Positions 62,004 through 64,000 of a stretch of 64,000 nucleotides of DNA are shown here, one piece after another (within the stretch, counting starts at the first letter, position 1; each line of letters begins with the position of its first letter). The translations under genes and the position numbers were made by a program. Source of the stretch: Hydrolagus affinis (lineage: Eukaryota); assembly GCA_012026655.1 (NCBI GenBank), contig JAAILG010000943.1, forward strand, positions 1-64,000, read 5' to 3'. Below the pieces are notes generated by a model. The model saw only the letters and a program-made list of their open reading frames with translations. It did not search any database and was not told the DNA's origin.

Positions 62004-62251
62004 ACCATTTCATCCCTATTATGCTTAAATCCCACCTTAAAACCTACCAGTTTGACCTGGCCTACACTCCACAACCCTCCTCTATTCCTCGACGTTTGAC
62101 CCCGACATTGCAAAACATCCCGCGACATCAAGGATACAATGCGAATGCAAGCTGTTGTTGATAGAATGAAAGACAGAAACTACAAGCATTCCAAGGAGCT
62201 AATTTGATTCAGTGCCTCATCTTGTCTCAATTTACTTCAGACAATGAGTTA

Positions 62252-62469
62252 CAGTAAAAAGCCCGTTGATCCGGCATCCTCAGGACCTGGCCAATGCTGG
62301 TTAAAGTAAGTGCCGGATACTCGGCCGAAAATGCAAAAAAAAAAAAAAACATTTTTTCAATACATTTTTCCAGATAAATTCCGGTTAATCGAATACAGAC
62401 CATTTTTTTGCGATGCCGGTTACACGGAAGCTATGGTTGATCGGATGCCGGATAAACGGGCTTTTACCG
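62252..62469. mobile_element. Tigger/pogo-like MITE, copy 2
   Basis: TA-CAGTAAAAAGCCCGTTGATCCGGCATCC ... GGATGCCGGATAAACGGGCTTTTACCG-TA; TA on both sides. Confidence 0.88.
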
Positions 62470-64000
62470 TACTTTGATGTGTGGTGACTACTCTTCATCG
62501 AACTGTGCCCGTCAGCTGATCTGCACCAGCGATGTCCCACAGAGCTGTGAGTTGCCTATTGTAACTTCTTTTGGGGAATCTTGAACGAGGAGGAATATTG
62601 GGTCAGGACAGCTCCCTGCGAAATAGCAGCACAGAAACTGCGCTCACAGATGCTACCATTCATTTGAAGGAAGACACAAGGCAGTGTTCCCTCATTATTG
62701 CTATGAGCTTGGATTATGAGAACATGACCAAGTGTTTGTGTGTGTGTGTGTGTGTGTGTGATTCAGACTCTGTCCTAGAGATGAGAGTGCCATAATCGGA
62801 ACCCAGTTGCCTCTCGGACGCGATTGGCAAAGAAGCACAGGAGGAGGCAAAATGAACAGTTTTGATCATGTTACAGCGTTTCTCATTTTAAGCGCTGCTC
62901 TGAGATACGACACCGTGCAACACTGAAGTAAAATTATCAAGCTCCACGCTGGAGCGAGATAAAGGGAAACATAGAGGGAATATAAATACATCTCTGCTAA
63001 GTGGAAATCAAAAATGCAAGCCAACTGAGATCATTCAAGATATATTGGTTTCATCAAAGTAAACTCCCAGCGTAAATTACTCATGGCAAACACTTCGAGA
63101 CCGACAAGGACTGTTCTTTCCTTTTTTTTTGCTGTTTACACTTGTAATGTTTAAGATATTCTACATATTGTTACTGTCAAATTGCTACCTGTTCACTCCC
63201 GTATCCCCCAACTCCCCCCTCATCCTCCCCACCCCGGTCCCCCACCCCATCCCCCATCCCGGCCCAAATGAAATGCTGCACTGATCAGACTGTACATCAG
63301 AAAACCATAAAAAATGAGTATCTTTGCTCTTTATATTGTGTTTAATATCAGAAAGAGAATGTAACCTCTCAAAGTGACTCAGAGTGCTAAGTGAGTATAT
63401 GAATGCAATTGTGTATCTGAAGGTGAACACAACAGTCAATTTGCGCCCAGCAATGTACCACGAATAGCCGTGAAGTGTATGACTCATTTTGGGGATCTCT
63501 GGGAGGGGGGGGGATAGTAGCATTTATTTTAACATTTGCAAGATGCCCAGACAGAATTAACAACCTGAAATTTTACTTTGTCTGCAAGACCGTGTTGTTT
63601 AACAATTTATCATCACACAGAATGGGGGAAAGTTCCTTTAGTTTAGATGCCGAGAATTTAACAACTGCAGAAACTGCAAACTTGCAAAATTAAGACTGGA
63701 TTTAAGAATGTTTCACACATCTGCACCATCTTAAAATATTTAAGACAAAAATGAAAAATGATCTTGCTTGCTAAGACTAGGTGAAATTGTAAGCTGCACA
63801 TCCTTTGAACCTTTAAAATAAGATATCATTATCAATCAAGAGTTTTAAATAATCACCCAGAGAAGATCAGGATTTGATTTAAGGGCTCAGCGAGAGAACT
63901 TCACTTCAAGGGAAAACCCTCTCTTCTCATAATTCCCTATTCAGTAACCGAAAAGATTGCATGCAAAGCTTCTTCCTATGTCTATATCTACTTTCCTCCG

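Overview
This is eukaryotic, non-coding, repeat-rich vertebrate DNA. I found no protein-coding exon I can support, and no rRNA, true tRNA, CRISPR array or prokaryotic-style system. The repeat content points to a cartilaginous fish, most likely a chimaera such as Callorhinchus milii (inference from recalled family resemblance, not a database search). It includes roughly 35 copies or fragments of a ~300-bp tRNA-headed SINE with a Deu-like core and an L2-type tail, about 15 older DeuSINE (SacSINE1/AmnSINE-like) copies, many 5'-truncated L2 and CR1 LINE 3' ends, Penelope-like pieces, two Tigger/pogo-type MITEs and one hAT-type end. ORFs in the supplied track are mostly chance ORFs or translations of these repeats. 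Between repeats lie several unique segments rich in homeodomain, SOX, POU, RFX and PBX-MEIS motifs, suggesting a large intron or gene desert near a developmental gene. The most notable observations are minimal hammerhead-ribozyme cores in the Penelope-like fragments, a covarying 3' stem-loop shared by the L2 LINEs and SINEs, a 21-bp minisatellite carrying ten phased ETS sites, nested and templated repeat chimeras, and candidate recursive splice sites and a microexon. Repeat boundaries are read by eye and are approximate. Short spliced exons could have been missed.
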